NCBI GenBank assembly: GCA_046538485.1 | Contig: JBKHIT010000020.1 | Coordinates: 14,047 to 78,046, forward strand | DNA: 64,000 bases | Source of the DNA: Candidatus Brocadiia bacterium | Lineage (GTDB): Bacteria; Planctomycetota; Brocadiia; SM23-32 | Reading direction: 5' to 3' | Shown here: piece after piece, positions 19,495-29,258 of the stretch | Layout of the letters: each line of letters opens with the position of its first letter | Position numbering within the stretch: the first letter of the stretch is position 1 | Position numbers and translations under genes: made by a program | Notes under the pieces: model-generated | What the model was told of the DNA's origin: nothing | What the model saw: the letters and a program-made list of their open reading frames with translations, nothing else | The model's database searches: none

Positions 19495-22400
19495 TTATTT
19501 TCGCGGTGGTGGATACAGATAACGCGCCTGAACGCGACGGCGTTCGAGTGTAAAGCTTTCCCAGTTCAGGCTGAAGAACGGTTGCTTCAGTTTCGAGTTC
19601 CGGAATTCAACCACGACGGGATACCGTTTGCCCGCCTCCAGAACAATGGGGGCACTATCCACTTCATACGCTTTGGGCCCCGGAAACTTGCCCACACCGC
19701 GGAGTGTGTACGGACCGAAAAGCTTTCCTTTTGCAATTTTCTTGCCCCGGATCCTCCACGCATCGATGATATCTTTTCCCGCCACCTTCATGCGCACGCC
19801 GGACCCTTGATGCGGTAGATAGACACTGAAGACGTAACGTTCACTCAGCGGCGCTTCCAGTTGCCCTACCCACCGAACTGAAAATCCTTCCGAGGGAGCC
19901 CAGCCGCCGGCAACTCGGCCGACTTTTGTCTCCTCGTTCCACCAGTAATACGGAGCATCCCCCGGCCGATGATGAGCATAAGGCTTATATTGATCGAACC
20001 AAAGCTGACGGTCGATCCGGGTTACTGGACCTTGCTTGAATTCCTTTCCGCCGGCTCCCTGCATGGCTGTTTTCCCTTTCTCGTCCTCCCCGCTCGCCGG
20101 ATTCATCATATCATCAAGTGTCTTCTTTTTCGGTTCCTGCAGATTGGGATTGTCAAAATACGTCGCTCTAAGCCCCTTGCCTTTCTGCTTCGCTCCGGGG
20201 ATGCGTTTCTTCAGTTCAACAGTTCCCGTCTGCCGGTTCATCTCGTCCCAGCCGTTCACACGGTAGACCTGGAAACAGTTGCGTCCTGGCGTATACCAGA
20301 TAATCTCCCCCTCATCGGTCTCCATCACCGCACCACCGGTTCCGTTATCGGAAGCGATGATCGAAGGTTCGACAACCCAGCCGTTCTTTCCGCGATCAGG
20401 ATCGGCGCCACGTTCCCCCCCGAAAAACGTATACGCCGCTTTCGGCAGACCATCAGCCGCCCGTCTGTCTAAGAACGTCCCAGCATACAGCCCGTCGGTG
20501 GTCCAGACTTTGGCCGGCGTTCCCCAGCGTTCGGCTGTGACAACGGTATCTTTCAAGACGCTCAGGATGGCTTTCGGTTCGTGGAAATGTCCCGGTGGAG
20601 CCCCCTTGCCTCGCCAGACATAATTTATTGCATGCTGAGCCGCGGTCCATTCCAGCGCTCCGTCTTTGCGCCATTTGTGGAGATTCACCGGGCCAATCCG
20701 GCCCGTCACCCACCAGCGTCCATGAGAATCTCCGGTGTAGCGGGCCAGCGCGTAGACATTACCCTCCTTGTCACTGTAAGCAGAAGGCGGACTGTGTCCC
20801 CCGCCGGAGGCCATCCCCACATCGAACAAAGCCTCCCCACCTTTGTGCATCTTCGAATACAGGGGAACGCCGTTCCGCCAGATCGGATCACCACTGTATG
20901 CCACGGTCTTTGAATTAACACCATATTCACGTCCCAACGCCTTCGAAATATCGTCGCTGGCCGGCACACCCCAGACACTCACGATGGTAAAACCATGCCC
21001 GATTCGTATTCGCCCCCCGATCCTCCCGCCATCGGAGCGATGGATGGGATCCGCGATCTCACTCTTTTGGACTTCTCCATCGTGATTCAGGTCGGACCAG
21101 AATCCTCTGCTTTTGCCAGCAAATTTTTTCAACCTTTCCGTCTGGTTCTTACCACCCAGCGAGAGCGCAACGGCTCGTAAATGCCCATCGGTATGTTCAA
21201 AGACCTGGAACTGTCCGTCAGACAGCAGGTAGCGGGTGCCATCGTGATATCGCACGTAAAACTGATGCGATACTTGGTGAGTCCAGGTCTTCGGGTCGGA
21301 AGGGTCCTCACCCCCGGTATACTCATAGGCCTCGAGAACATTCCAGGTTCCCCCGGCAAAATTCATCCGGGCCAGGACGATGCGTCCATAGTTGTTGTAC
21401 CAGACAAGCGCAGGATCTCGGGGGTCGGGGGCCACTGAGGCGTAGAACTCAACGCCGCCGTACCATTCTTTCAAAACTCTTCCGTTCTTGCCGAAATGAG
21501 CCACCCGCCGCGGCACCCAGTCTTCGGCCACAAAAAACCCGCCTTCCCCGTCTGCAGTCAGATCGGTAACGTTGCGGAAATCCCGGGGATTATACTGTCC
21601 TCCTTTCCGCCCACCTTCCCGACCGTACCTCTGGAGCTGTTTCCCTTCGAGGTTGTAACGCTTGACCTGATTGCCCGGTTCTTTTTCGGCAATCAGCAGG
21701 TGGTCGTTCGCTATATCATAGGCGATTCGGAAAGGGCTTTTCAGGCCGGTCACGACCGACTGTTTGGCCCCCCCATCTTCCACCCGAAATACCTGCGAAT
21801 CGCACGCCACGTACACTGCCTCATCCGAATCGAGAGCAAGCCCGCGTGGCGAATCAATCGTCAACCTTTTTGCAATAGAGCCGTCTTTCGGGTCGAGCCA
21901 TCTGACTTCGTTTTGTCGGCTGTAACTGACGACAATTGTTGTGCCACGGGCGGCCATATCAACTTTGTGGCGGTTATAGATAAACTGGCGTTTTTCTTTA
22001 ACTTTGGTTTTCTCGTGCAGGACGTCCCAGGATGCCACCTGGCGGCCCGTTTCCGGGTCGATGGTCTTAATTTTCCCATTTTGTTGAAGCAGGTAGAGCT
22101 TGTCTTTGCCGCCGACTCCCAGGGCGATAGCGCCCTGCCAGGGACCGTACCCATGGTGGGCCCAGAACCGTTTTTTCCCATCCAGGGACTGTTTGATGAG
22201 GGCCGGAACGTTTTCGGCCGTCCCCGACGCCACATACATCGCGTCTCCATGGACGGTCACGCCACGTGGCCCCGCGTGATTTCCGATCCAAAAATCGTAC
22301 GGTTTGCTACCCGGATTGGTTCCCAGGGTGGCCAAATATTGCACGGTGAACCCGGGAATCCGAAGCAGTTTCCAGATGTATTTTCCCGGTTCAACGGCAC

Positions 22401-22749
22401 GTCCGAGGCTGCCGAGCCCATCCCAACCGAGCCTGTGGTCTCCGGGGGGCTGGTATTTGCCGCGCAGAAGCGTCCGGACGAGGCGTCCATCCTTATCATA
22501 AACTCCCACTGAAATCTGACCGGCTTTTTGCAATGTGTAATGCACTCTGACCGCAGCGTTTTCGGGCGGAACCCCTTGATCAATCGCCGCTCTGCCCGTT
22601 GCCCCCGAGACAGGTTTATCTGCGCGAGGTTCGTCGGGCAGCGGGACAGACCTGGGTCGAGCTAAACCATCTGTTGTCAGCCCACCGGCCGCGGTTAATG
22701 CGACAAGTAAAAGCTGAACCGCAAAAAAAAGCTTGTTCAGTGTTTCCAT
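19495..22749 (-). CDS. Secreted FlgD-Ig, NHL/beta-propeller and PA14 domain protein
   Basis: VGVYDKDGRLVRTLL...WDG (FlgD Ig); SPRGLALD repeats; GLRATYFDN...FSVRWVGQL (PA14). Confidence 0.75.
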   Translation of the reverse strand: METLNKLFFAVQLLLVALTAAGGLTTDGLARPRSVPLPDEPRADKPVSGATGRAAIDQGVPPENAAVRVHYTLQKAGQISVGVYDKDGRLVRTLLRGKYQPPGDHRLGWDGLGSLGRAVEPGKYIWKLLRIPGFTVQYLATLGTNPGSKPYDFWIGNHAGPRGVTVHGDAMYVASGTAENVPALIKQSLDGKKRFWAHHGYGPWQGAIALGVGGKDKLYLLQQNGKIKTIDPETGRQVASWDVLHEKTKVKEKRQFIYNRHKVDMAARGTTIVVSYSRQNEVRWLDPKDGSIAKRLTIDSPRGLALDSDEAVYVACDSQVFRVEDGGAKQSVVTGLKSPFRIAYDIANDHLLIAEKEPGNQVKRYNLEGKQLQRYGREGGRKGGQYNPRDFRNVTDLTADGEGGFFVAEDWVPRRVAHFGKNGRVLKEWYGGVEFYASVAPDPRDPALVWYNNYGRIVLARMNFAGGTWNVLEAYEYTGGEDPSDPKTWTHQVSHQFYVRYHDGTRYLLSDGQFQVFEHTDGHLRAVALSLGGKNQTERLKKFAGKSRGFWSDLNHDGEVQKSEIADPIHRSDGGRIGGRIRIGHGFTIVSVWGVPASDDISKALGREYGVNSKTVAYSGDPIWRNGVPLYSKMHKGGEALFDVGMASGGGHSPPSAYSDKEGNVYALARYTGDSHGRWWVTGRIGPVNLHKWRKDGALEWTAAQHAINYVWRGKGAPPGHFHEPKAILSVLKDTVVTAERWGTPAKVWTTDGLYAGTFLDRRAADGLPKAAYTFFGGERGADPDRGKNGWVVEPSIIASDNGTGGAVMETDEGEIIWYTPGRNCFQVYRVNGWDEMNRQTGTVELKKRIPGAKQKGKGLRATYFDNPNLQEPKKKTLDDMMNPASGEDEKGKTAMQGAGGKEFKQGPVTRIDRQLWFDQYKPYAHHRPGDAPYYWWNEETKVGRVAGGWAPSEGFSVRWVGQLEAPLSERYVFSVYLPHQGSGVRMKVAGKDIIDAWRIRGKKIAKGKLFGPYTLRGVGKFPGPKAYEVDSAPIVLEAGKRYPVVVEFRNSKLKQPFFSLNWESFTLERRRVQARYLYPPPRK

Positions 22750-22781
22750 ATCGCGTTTGATTTGATTTAAGTTCCAGGGCT

Positions 22782-23710
22782 TTATTGGACCGGTTCCGTG
22801 CCGTCATGGAAGAGGTTCAGGAACTCGCCACCTCCGCCGCCCGTACTGATTACGGTTCCGTCGACGAGTTCGTAGCTCCGACCTGCGTAGTAACTGAGGA
22901 GATGCGGTGGTTTTTTGTGCCTGTGTACATGCCCGTCGAAATACAGGTAATTTACAGTGTAATTTTGATGAAACCAGGTTACGTCACCTATGGCATCTCC
23001 GTACTGGGGTTTGACCGAGGAGAGAATATTCTCATGCACGGACCATGCCGCGTAATAGTTATTCGTAGCTGTAAGGAACACTTCCTGCCCAGGGCTCCCG
23101 ATTCTGTTGAAGGACCACAGGGGAGGCGTCCCATCCCACACGTTAACATTGCGGTAATACGCGGTTACATTGGCAGGCACCCCGTAGGAGGAGTGGCGGT
23201 ACCACCAGTTCCCATATTTCTCTACCGTACCCGTGGCATCAGCGGGGCAGAAAAGCTGTCGCACAGCCGCCCTCCACACTCTCGCGTTGCCGTTTGCATT
23301 CCGGTCATTACTGTTCATCGCAAACTCTCCCCGGCAAGACAATGCCCCAGCGCATCCCACCAGCATGTGTAACCATTCCATGAATTCCAACCTCCGGGCG
23401 GGCTATAGCAATCTGGTGTCTGATAGAGCGGAAACAAAAAGGAGGATGAATCACTAATGTACATCGCCTTCGCGTATCCGAGCTGTTTGAATCGGTTCGC
23501 ACAGGTCACCGCTCTCGCCGCCTCCCGGGCACTCTGCAGAGCCAGCATCAACATTGCCGCCAGGATGGCGATGATAGCTATCACAACCAGAAGCTCGATC
23601 AGAGTAAACGCTTTACTGATCAAAAGCTCAAGGTGATAACCCGTCCGCACTCGCGTGGACCGCTTTTTCTGGAGCAAAATGGCCTGTTCCCGCTTCTCTA
23701 TCGTTTCCAT
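22782..23710 (-). pseudogene. DUF1559-type prepilin-leader / H-X9-DG protein, frameshifted
   Basis: N-half in ORF 23315..23878 (AFTLIELL), C-half in ORF 22782..23390 (LFCPAD...HQNYTVNYLYFDGHV). Removing one AG at about 23325-23328 joins them as AGEFAMN. Confidence 0.8.
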
Positions 23711-23751
23711 TTCTCGTCTTCTCCAGCTTGCGAAATAGCGTGACAGAATTC

Positions 23752-24633
23752 TCATCGAACCAGCGAAAGGGCATCCCCGGTGTTGAACAGATAGTTCCGC
23801 GCATCGGTGCTCGGATCGGTGCTCACACGCGGGTGCCAGGGTTTGTCCATATGCGGGGCGATCCAGTTGTGCCACCACGTGTAGGGACTTCCCCCGTCAA
23901 CCTGATTCATGTTGGGGCAATAAGCAATAACTTTTCGTTCATGCTCACGTAAGAAACAGGAACTATTGCGGGGATTCTTTCTCTTGATGGGTGAATCGGG
24001 GCTGAGAGAGCTGTTCCAGGCCCAGCCATCACCCCAACAGTCCCAGGCATTATGTCCGACATCCCATTCGGTGCATGCCACGTTCCCCCCTTCCTCGTAA
24101 CATCGAAGCGGGCCCTGATACATGTAGTAGCCTCGCTGGCCATTCGGCACTTCGTTGGGATCAAATTCATTCGCGTGCTGGCTGGTCTGCCGTGCAGCCC
24201 AGACCCAATTCTCTCCGTCGCGGGTCACCGCCCCCTCCATCCCGTTGTCGTCGGGCAAACGCGCATTGCATCTGAAGGTTGCATTTTCATACCCTTCAGC
24301 ACCATCCATCTGATAAATCCACAGGCAACCGTTCGCCCCCCGAGTCCGGTAACGGTAGTACCACCAACTGGGCGTTACGGGTTCATTTGTGGGCCATGAA
24401 TCCCAATTGTTAGCATACATCTGTAACCGGAGACCGGTCTGGTGCAGGCGGCTGAGACACGCCGTCAGACTTGCCCGCTGTCGAGCATTTTCCAGCGCCG
24501 GCATCAGCATCGCCGCGAGGATCGCTATGATCGCTATGACCACCAGAAGCTCGATCAGAGTGAAACCTACGCTATCGCGCGGCTCTGGCTCTTCAGGGCT
24601 CTGTGGTGTGTTCAATATTCGACCGTTTAACAT
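23752..24633 (-). CDS. DUF1559-type prepilin-leader protein
   Basis: [25 protein letters not shown]; divergent C-term NYLFNTG. Confidence 0.9.
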   Translation of the reverse strand: MLNGRILNTPQSPEEPEPRDSVGFTLIELLVVIAIIAILAAMLMPALENARQRASLTACLSRLHQTGLRLQMYANNWDSWPTNEPVTPSWWYYRYRTRGANGCLWIYQMDGAEGYENATFRCNARLPDDNGMEGAVTRDGENWVWAARQTSQHANEFDPNEVPNGQRGYYMYQGPLRCYEEGGNVACTEWDVGHNAWDCWGDGWAWNSSLSPDSPIKRKNPRNSSCFLREHERKVIAYCPNMNQVDGGSPYTWWHNWIAPHMDKPWHPRVSTDPSTDARNYLFNTGDALSLVR

Positions 24634-24707
24634 AATGTTTCCCCCTGACTTGCGTCTTCCAGCCAGCAGCTTATCAAAAACTATATTGTTAACTGCTCAA
24701 ATCCGAC

Positions 24708-27700
24708 CTATTCACCCGGTGCGACGATTTCACTCTTCGCAGGCAAAATCCAACGGGTCAACGGATCGAAACCGATCGCCGCCTCGTACACCGTCCCGAC
24801 GGCTTCCTCCATACCTTCCGCATCGTGGGCAATCAGGGTGATGGATTCCTGGCCGCGCCCTATCCCACCCAGTTGCCAGGCCATCATTCCGCGGCCGCGT
24901 CCCGGAATCTCACCGGCTTCAGGTTTGTACGGCAGGTACCCTTCTTTATCGAGAAAAGCGATCAACGGGTTATTGTCGGGATTACCCAGTAGAATGGCGG
25001 GCCCGCGGAGGGCAAAACCGACCAGTTTGATGGGGTTCTTCTGGCCGGGCTTGATAGTTCCGCTGCCAGCATAATGCAACCCGCACCACGTTTTGGCCTC
25101 TTCTTCGGTCAGTTTTCGGGGTTTATTAACCTCGGATGCGGCAACGATACGGGCTTCCACACCCCATGGTTCAAGCGTCTTCGCAAGACGCATCGCCGCG
25201 CTCGAGATCCCGTCGCCTTCTCCTTTGACAACGGTTATGTCCTTGTGAACACGGAAGAACCGGTAGATGTGCTCCCGGTCCCGGCCGAAATAGATCGCTC
25301 GCCTCTCCATTCCGCACATGGCCCCGCAGCGGTCGGGCGGATTCCAGGCAAACTCCGCCGTATCCTGCGTCTCAGCCAGGAGATCCGTTACTATCACTTT
25401 CCATTTCCCGGCCGGTTCGTTCACACCGAATTGAAGCTGGCTGCTGAAGAGACCGTTCTCCGTGGCCCGGAAAAGATCGTAGCGGACTTCTCCATTGGGA
25501 CCGATCACCCGGACCCGGAGCGGTATGGAGCCATTGATCACCTCCCCCTCGTCGTCGAGGACGGTGGCGGCGACATTGAGGACAGAGGGGTCGCGTCTCC
25601 GTGTGTAGTGACTTTCGAGAACCGGGGCGTGCGCTTTCACGCTTCCGATGGGGCGAGCCGTCCGGGCGAATACACGCATACCACCCGGCTGGAACTCGAA
25701 TTTCCCCGCTGCCACATTTCCTTTGTGCTTCAAATCCTTCATCTCGCCCCCGTACACTGCATCGTAGAAGGGACCGCGGCGAGGCAAGACGATGCGTGCA
25801 GTAGTGGCGACCGGATTGTTCTTTCCGCCTTCCTCAAAATCGTACGCGGCATTCACGCCAAAATAGTATTCAACGTCGCCGTGGGCCTGGTAACCCGCAA
25901 CGATCTGATCCTCGCTCGATTCGAAAGCGGGCCTGGTTCCGGCTTCTTCGAGGTGCGGTTTGAGCGCACGGACGATCCTACGGGCCGACTTGATGAGATT
26001 GCCGGTGGTGTTAAGTTTCTCCAGCGCCGCCTTCTTCTTTTTCTTGTCCTTTATTTTGAATGCCGCCTCCAGTTCGTCGGCCTTTATGTGACGGGGCACG
26101 ATGTCCACCTTTTTCGCCCCTTCAATATCGACGGAACAATCGCCCGTCATCACCACGCTCCCGCCGTCATCAATAAATCGCTCAAGCGAGGCGTTCACCG
26201 CCGGGTCCAGATGGTTGACCGCAGTGAGCACAACCGCCCTGTGGTGCCGGGCCAGAGTCCCATCCAGTATGTCCTCTTCAACAACCGTCGTCATCGGGGT
26301 CTGCATGATCTTGCTGGCCAGATAGACGAGTCCCCGTTTCATACCTTTGTCCTGAGCGTGAGCATACATGAATTTCATGTCCCGTGCCTGGGTCTCGATA
26401 TTGTCGGACATGGAATAGAGGAAGGCCAGGGGCTGGCGCGTTTTAGGCATGTGGTTAAAGACGGGGCCGAGACGGGCCATGGTTTTGTTGGTTTCTTCAA
26501 CCGCCGGCGCAGCGGGAGGGTTTTTGGCAAGGTTTATGGGCGGCGGCGTCATCAAACCTTCAATACCGGCGATAAACGAGAAGTATTGTTCCAGGCGAAA
26601 ACACGCGGGCGTGGTGTTGGCCCACCAGCACGGCAGATACCAGCACGGCCGGTCCATATCGCGGGCCAGCGACATCTCGAGATAGAACGAAGGGTTGAAC
26701 GTCAGCATCATATAGCTGTCATATCCCCCGTGCCCGCTCGCGACGGGCAGGCTGCTGGTCACGTTGAAGTAATATCCGTCTGTGAAAGCGCTCCATCCGT
26801 ACTGGCTCTGGGTCGCGCTGAGGAAATCGCGGCGGACCCAATCCACACCGAATCTTGCGTGTTTCCACGCGGCATCCATGAAAGAAAGTTTCCACCGGGC
26901 CCACTTTTTCCAGCGTTCGACATCCCGCGGGTCGTCCAGATCGACTTCGTGATACGGGATCGGATCGTTTCCCCACGCGCCGCGGTACGCGTTTTTTTGT
27001 GGAGGAACGCCATGCGCCGTCATCTCCCCGGTTTCGGGATGTTTATGCCATGTCAGCCCCGGTTCGTCGTAAAAATGCACACCCATGCAGGTCGGGGCCG
27101 TGCGATCCTGCATGGCCCGGTGCGTCACGCGCCGCGTTCCGCCGCGTACGACATACGGGTCCGACCAGTCACATTCCATTCTCAGATCCATCTGGTGTCC
27201 GCCGCTCATGGTGCAGACTTTCATGAAATCGACACCTGCCCGAACGCTGTATTCGGCGCTGGGACGCTGGGCGTAAACCATTGTGAAACCGTAGCCGTCG
27301 CGCCCGAGTTTCAGATATTGCTTCCCTTTCACGCCGGACCACGCGATCAACTTGTAGCTGGAATATCTTTCGTGACTGAAAACATCAATCCCGACCTCAG
27401 CCGTCGCACCGTCGACCGACACTGAGACATCATAGTGTCCCGGGCGGAGCAGCCATCCGTTGAGGCGTACGTGTTCGGTTGTGCGGGCCTGACCATCGAC
27501 GGCCGCCACACTCTCAACAGGAAATGTAAAACTTATCTGGCCACTCCCCTCGTCGCGAAGCCGGACCATCAGTTCACCTTCTGGCAGATTTTCCCTGGAG
27601 GTCCGCACGACGGCAAGATCAATCCTTTCATTGGTCTGGTAAGCTTTCCGATTCTCGGGAAGGACAATCTGAACTTCTGCGGCCCGTGCCGGAGGCGAGA

Positions 27701-27755
27701 TTATGAGAGCGAAAATGACAAGCAAAAGTCCTGCACCGATTCGTTTCCGGTTCAT
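24708..27755 (-). CDS. 1015-aa secreted GH-like protein (barrel with FYDEP, trimerisation-like and Ig-like domains)
   Basis: Signal peptide ARA-AE; HFYDEPG; LERFIDDGG; NEPAGKWKV. Confidence 0.65.
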   Translation of the reverse strand: MNRKRIGAGLLLVIFALIISPPARAAEVQIVLPENRKAYQTNERIDLAVVRTSRENLPEGELMVRLRDEGSGQISFTFPVESVAAVDGQARTTEHVRLNGWLLRPGHYDVSVSVDGATAEVGIDVFSHERYSSYKLIAWSGVKGKQYLKLGRDGYGFTMVYAQRPSAEYSVRAGVDFMKVCTMSGGHQMDLRMECDWSDPYVVRGGTRRVTHRAMQDRTAPTCMGVHFYDEPGLTWHKHPETGEMTAHGVPPQKNAYRGAWGNDPIPYHEVDLDDPRDVERWKKWARWKLSFMDAAWKHARFGVDWVRRDFLSATQSQYGWSAFTDGYYFNVTSSLPVASGHGGYDSYMMLTFNPSFYLEMSLARDMDRPCWYLPCWWANTTPACFRLEQYFSFIAGIEGLMTPPPINLAKNPPAAPAVEETNKTMARLGPVFNHMPKTRQPLAFLYSMSDNIETQARDMKFMYAHAQDKGMKRGLVYLASKIMQTPMTTVVEEDILDGTLARHHRAVVLTAVNHLDPAVNASLERFIDDGGSVVMTGDCSVDIEGAKKVDIVPRHIKADELEAAFKIKDKKKKKAALEKLNTTGNLIKSARRIVRALKPHLEEAGTRPAFESSEDQIVAGYQAHGDVEYYFGVNAAYDFEEGGKNNPVATTARIVLPRRGPFYDAVYGGEMKDLKHKGNVAAGKFEFQPGGMRVFARTARPIGSVKAHAPVLESHYTRRRDPSVLNVAATVLDDEGEVINGSIPLRVRVIGPNGEVRYDLFRATENGLFSSQLQFGVNEPAGKWKVIVTDLLAETQDTAEFAWNPPDRCGAMCGMERRAIYFGRDREHIYRFFRVHKDITVVKGEGDGISSAAMRLAKTLEPWGVEARIVAASEVNKPRKLTEEEAKTWCGLHYAGSGTIKPGQKNPIKLVGFALRGPAILLGNPDNNPLIAFLDKEGYLPYKPEAGEIPGRGRGMMAWQLGGIGRGQESITLIAHDAEGMEEAVGTVYEAAIGFDPLTRWILPAKSEIVAPGE

Positions 27756-27841
27756 CTATTCACTCCTTTGCGTAACAGGTTCTGTCAGCTTTCTTCGGTA
27801 TATTTCGTTTTGTATTCCGCGGTCCTGCGTCGTGAGAAAGG

Positions 27842-28912
27842 TCAAGATTTCGGCGGGGCAACAGTGGACCCCCGTGCCACGAGTTCGGGTTTCACATAAA
27901 TCCCGTCCTCTGCAAATTCTCCCTCCCCGCGATGTGCAGTTCGTAGCCCTTCGGCCATCGACTCCGCGACGGCTTTTGGATTAAGAGAAACTGACGTCAG
28001 GCTGATGCCATGTCCTTCCGCGAGACTAGTATTGTTCATTCCGATCACGGACACTTCTTCTGGCACACTTATACCTGCTTTCAGCAACTCATTTACGGCT
28101 CCGAGCGCCGCGTCATCGGTCATCGTCCAGTACGCCGTGGCCCCCCGTTCCCGAATGAACTCGCTTTCCTTCTGGCCCAGGGAACCGTAGAAAATATGGC
28201 ATTCCGCTCCGGCGACTTCAGCGAGGTGTCGGAGGGTCAGGGCGCGTCGTTCGGCACTGGAACCTTCGCCTGGAAACCGTCCGCCGTGGGCGGCAATGCG
28301 GCGATGCCCGAGTTCCAGCAGGTGGTCAACCACACAGCGCGACGCGTGAACCGGATCACAAAGAACCCGGAAAGCCGGCGGCGCGATGACGTTGGGCTCA
28401 TATTGGAAAAAGACCCGGGCCGGAAACTTCATGGCGTAGCGCTTGAAGGCAGCCTTTTCATCGTCGCCATACCCCTCTGGGGCAATACAGACGAGGGCGT
28501 CGGGACGTTCGCCGCCGTTCTCCACAGCCTCTTCCAATCGCCTTTCCACCGAGCGGTTACTGAAACTGGCAGCATAGATATCGACGTCAAAACCCGCCTC
28601 GTAGAGGGCGTGGGAGACCGGGAACTGAAAAATCGTGTTGGAATCCGCGTCACGCGAAAGCAACATCACAACATTCCCGAGATAAGGTTTGCGCAGCACG
28701 GTGGTACCTCTCCCGCGCACGCTCTTGAGAAGCCCTTCATCGGCGAGAGTTCTAACCGCGCGCCGCACCGCGTGCACACTGCACTCGGCGTCACGGGCTA
28801 TGGTTTCTGCCGACGGCAAGAGCGAATCAACATCAAAGTCACCTCGCTGGATGCTGTCGGTAATAAAATCCGTCGCTTGCTCAACCTGCGGTTTAGAAGT
28901 CGTCGTATCCAT
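27842..28912 (-). CDS. GntR-HTH / LacI-type sugar-binding transcriptional regulator (AraR-like architecture)
   Basis: LPSAETIARDAECSVHAVRRAVRTLADEGLL..VRGRGT; HLLELGHRRIA; VPEEVSVIG; PELVARGST. Confidence 0.9.
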   Translation of the reverse strand: MDTTTSKPQVEQATDFITDSIQRGDFDVDSLLPSAETIARDAECSVHAVRRAVRTLADEGLLKSVRGRGTTVLRKPYLGNVVMLLSRDADSNTIFQFPVSHALYEAGFDVDIYAASFSNRSVERRLEEAVENGGERPDALVCIAPEGYGDDEKAAFKRYAMKFPARVFFQYEPNVIAPPAFRVLCDPVHASRCVVDHLLELGHRRIAAHGGRFPGEGSSAERRALTLRHLAEVAGAECHIFYGSLGQKESEFIRERGATAYWTMTDDAALGAVNELLKAGISVPEEVSVIGMNNTSLAEGHGISLTSVSLNPKAVAESMAEGLRTAHRGEGEFAEDGIYVKPELVARGSTVAPPKS

Positions 28913-28952
28913 AAAAACTATCCTTCCCGCTGAATCCCTCTAATATGTCTGC

Positions 28953-28980
28953 ATTATACCACATTATATGCATATTGCAA
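28953..28980 (-). promoter_or_regulatory. Sigma70-like promoter of the regulator with palindrome in the spacer
   Basis: Minus strand TTGCAA-16 nt-TATAAT with extended TGn; perfect palindrome atatgcatat at 28966-28975. Confidence 0.6.
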
Positions 28981-29258
28981 GTTGCTTTTGCAGTTTTTCT
29001 GCAAATGTTTCGGGCAGCCGGGGATCCCGGCTGTTTGTGCCCGTCACAATAGCGGTCTGCCCCTCGAAATTTTTTTTCTTCTCGTCCGCAGGGTTGAACC
29101 GTAACATTCGTTGAATGGCATAAAAAGCCCGGCCCCTCTTTTCGGCATGGCCTTGTGTTTCAGGAGCCATGCAGATAATATATTCGTCTGTTGAATTGCA
29201 GGGCAGAAGTCTTTTAGCTGGAAAGAACTTCAACACAAGTTCTTCGCGGTAACGACCG

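Noticed and set aside
18669..24633. Diversity-generating retroelement acting on DUF1559 C-termini
   Set aside because: No reverse transcriptase and no template/variable repeat pair differing at adenines was seen
25074..27425. 783-aa plus-strand ORF and other long antisense ORFs (11136..12311, 16262..17359, 51113..52303)
   Set aside because: Shadow frames of GC-rich minus-strand genes with no recognisable motifs
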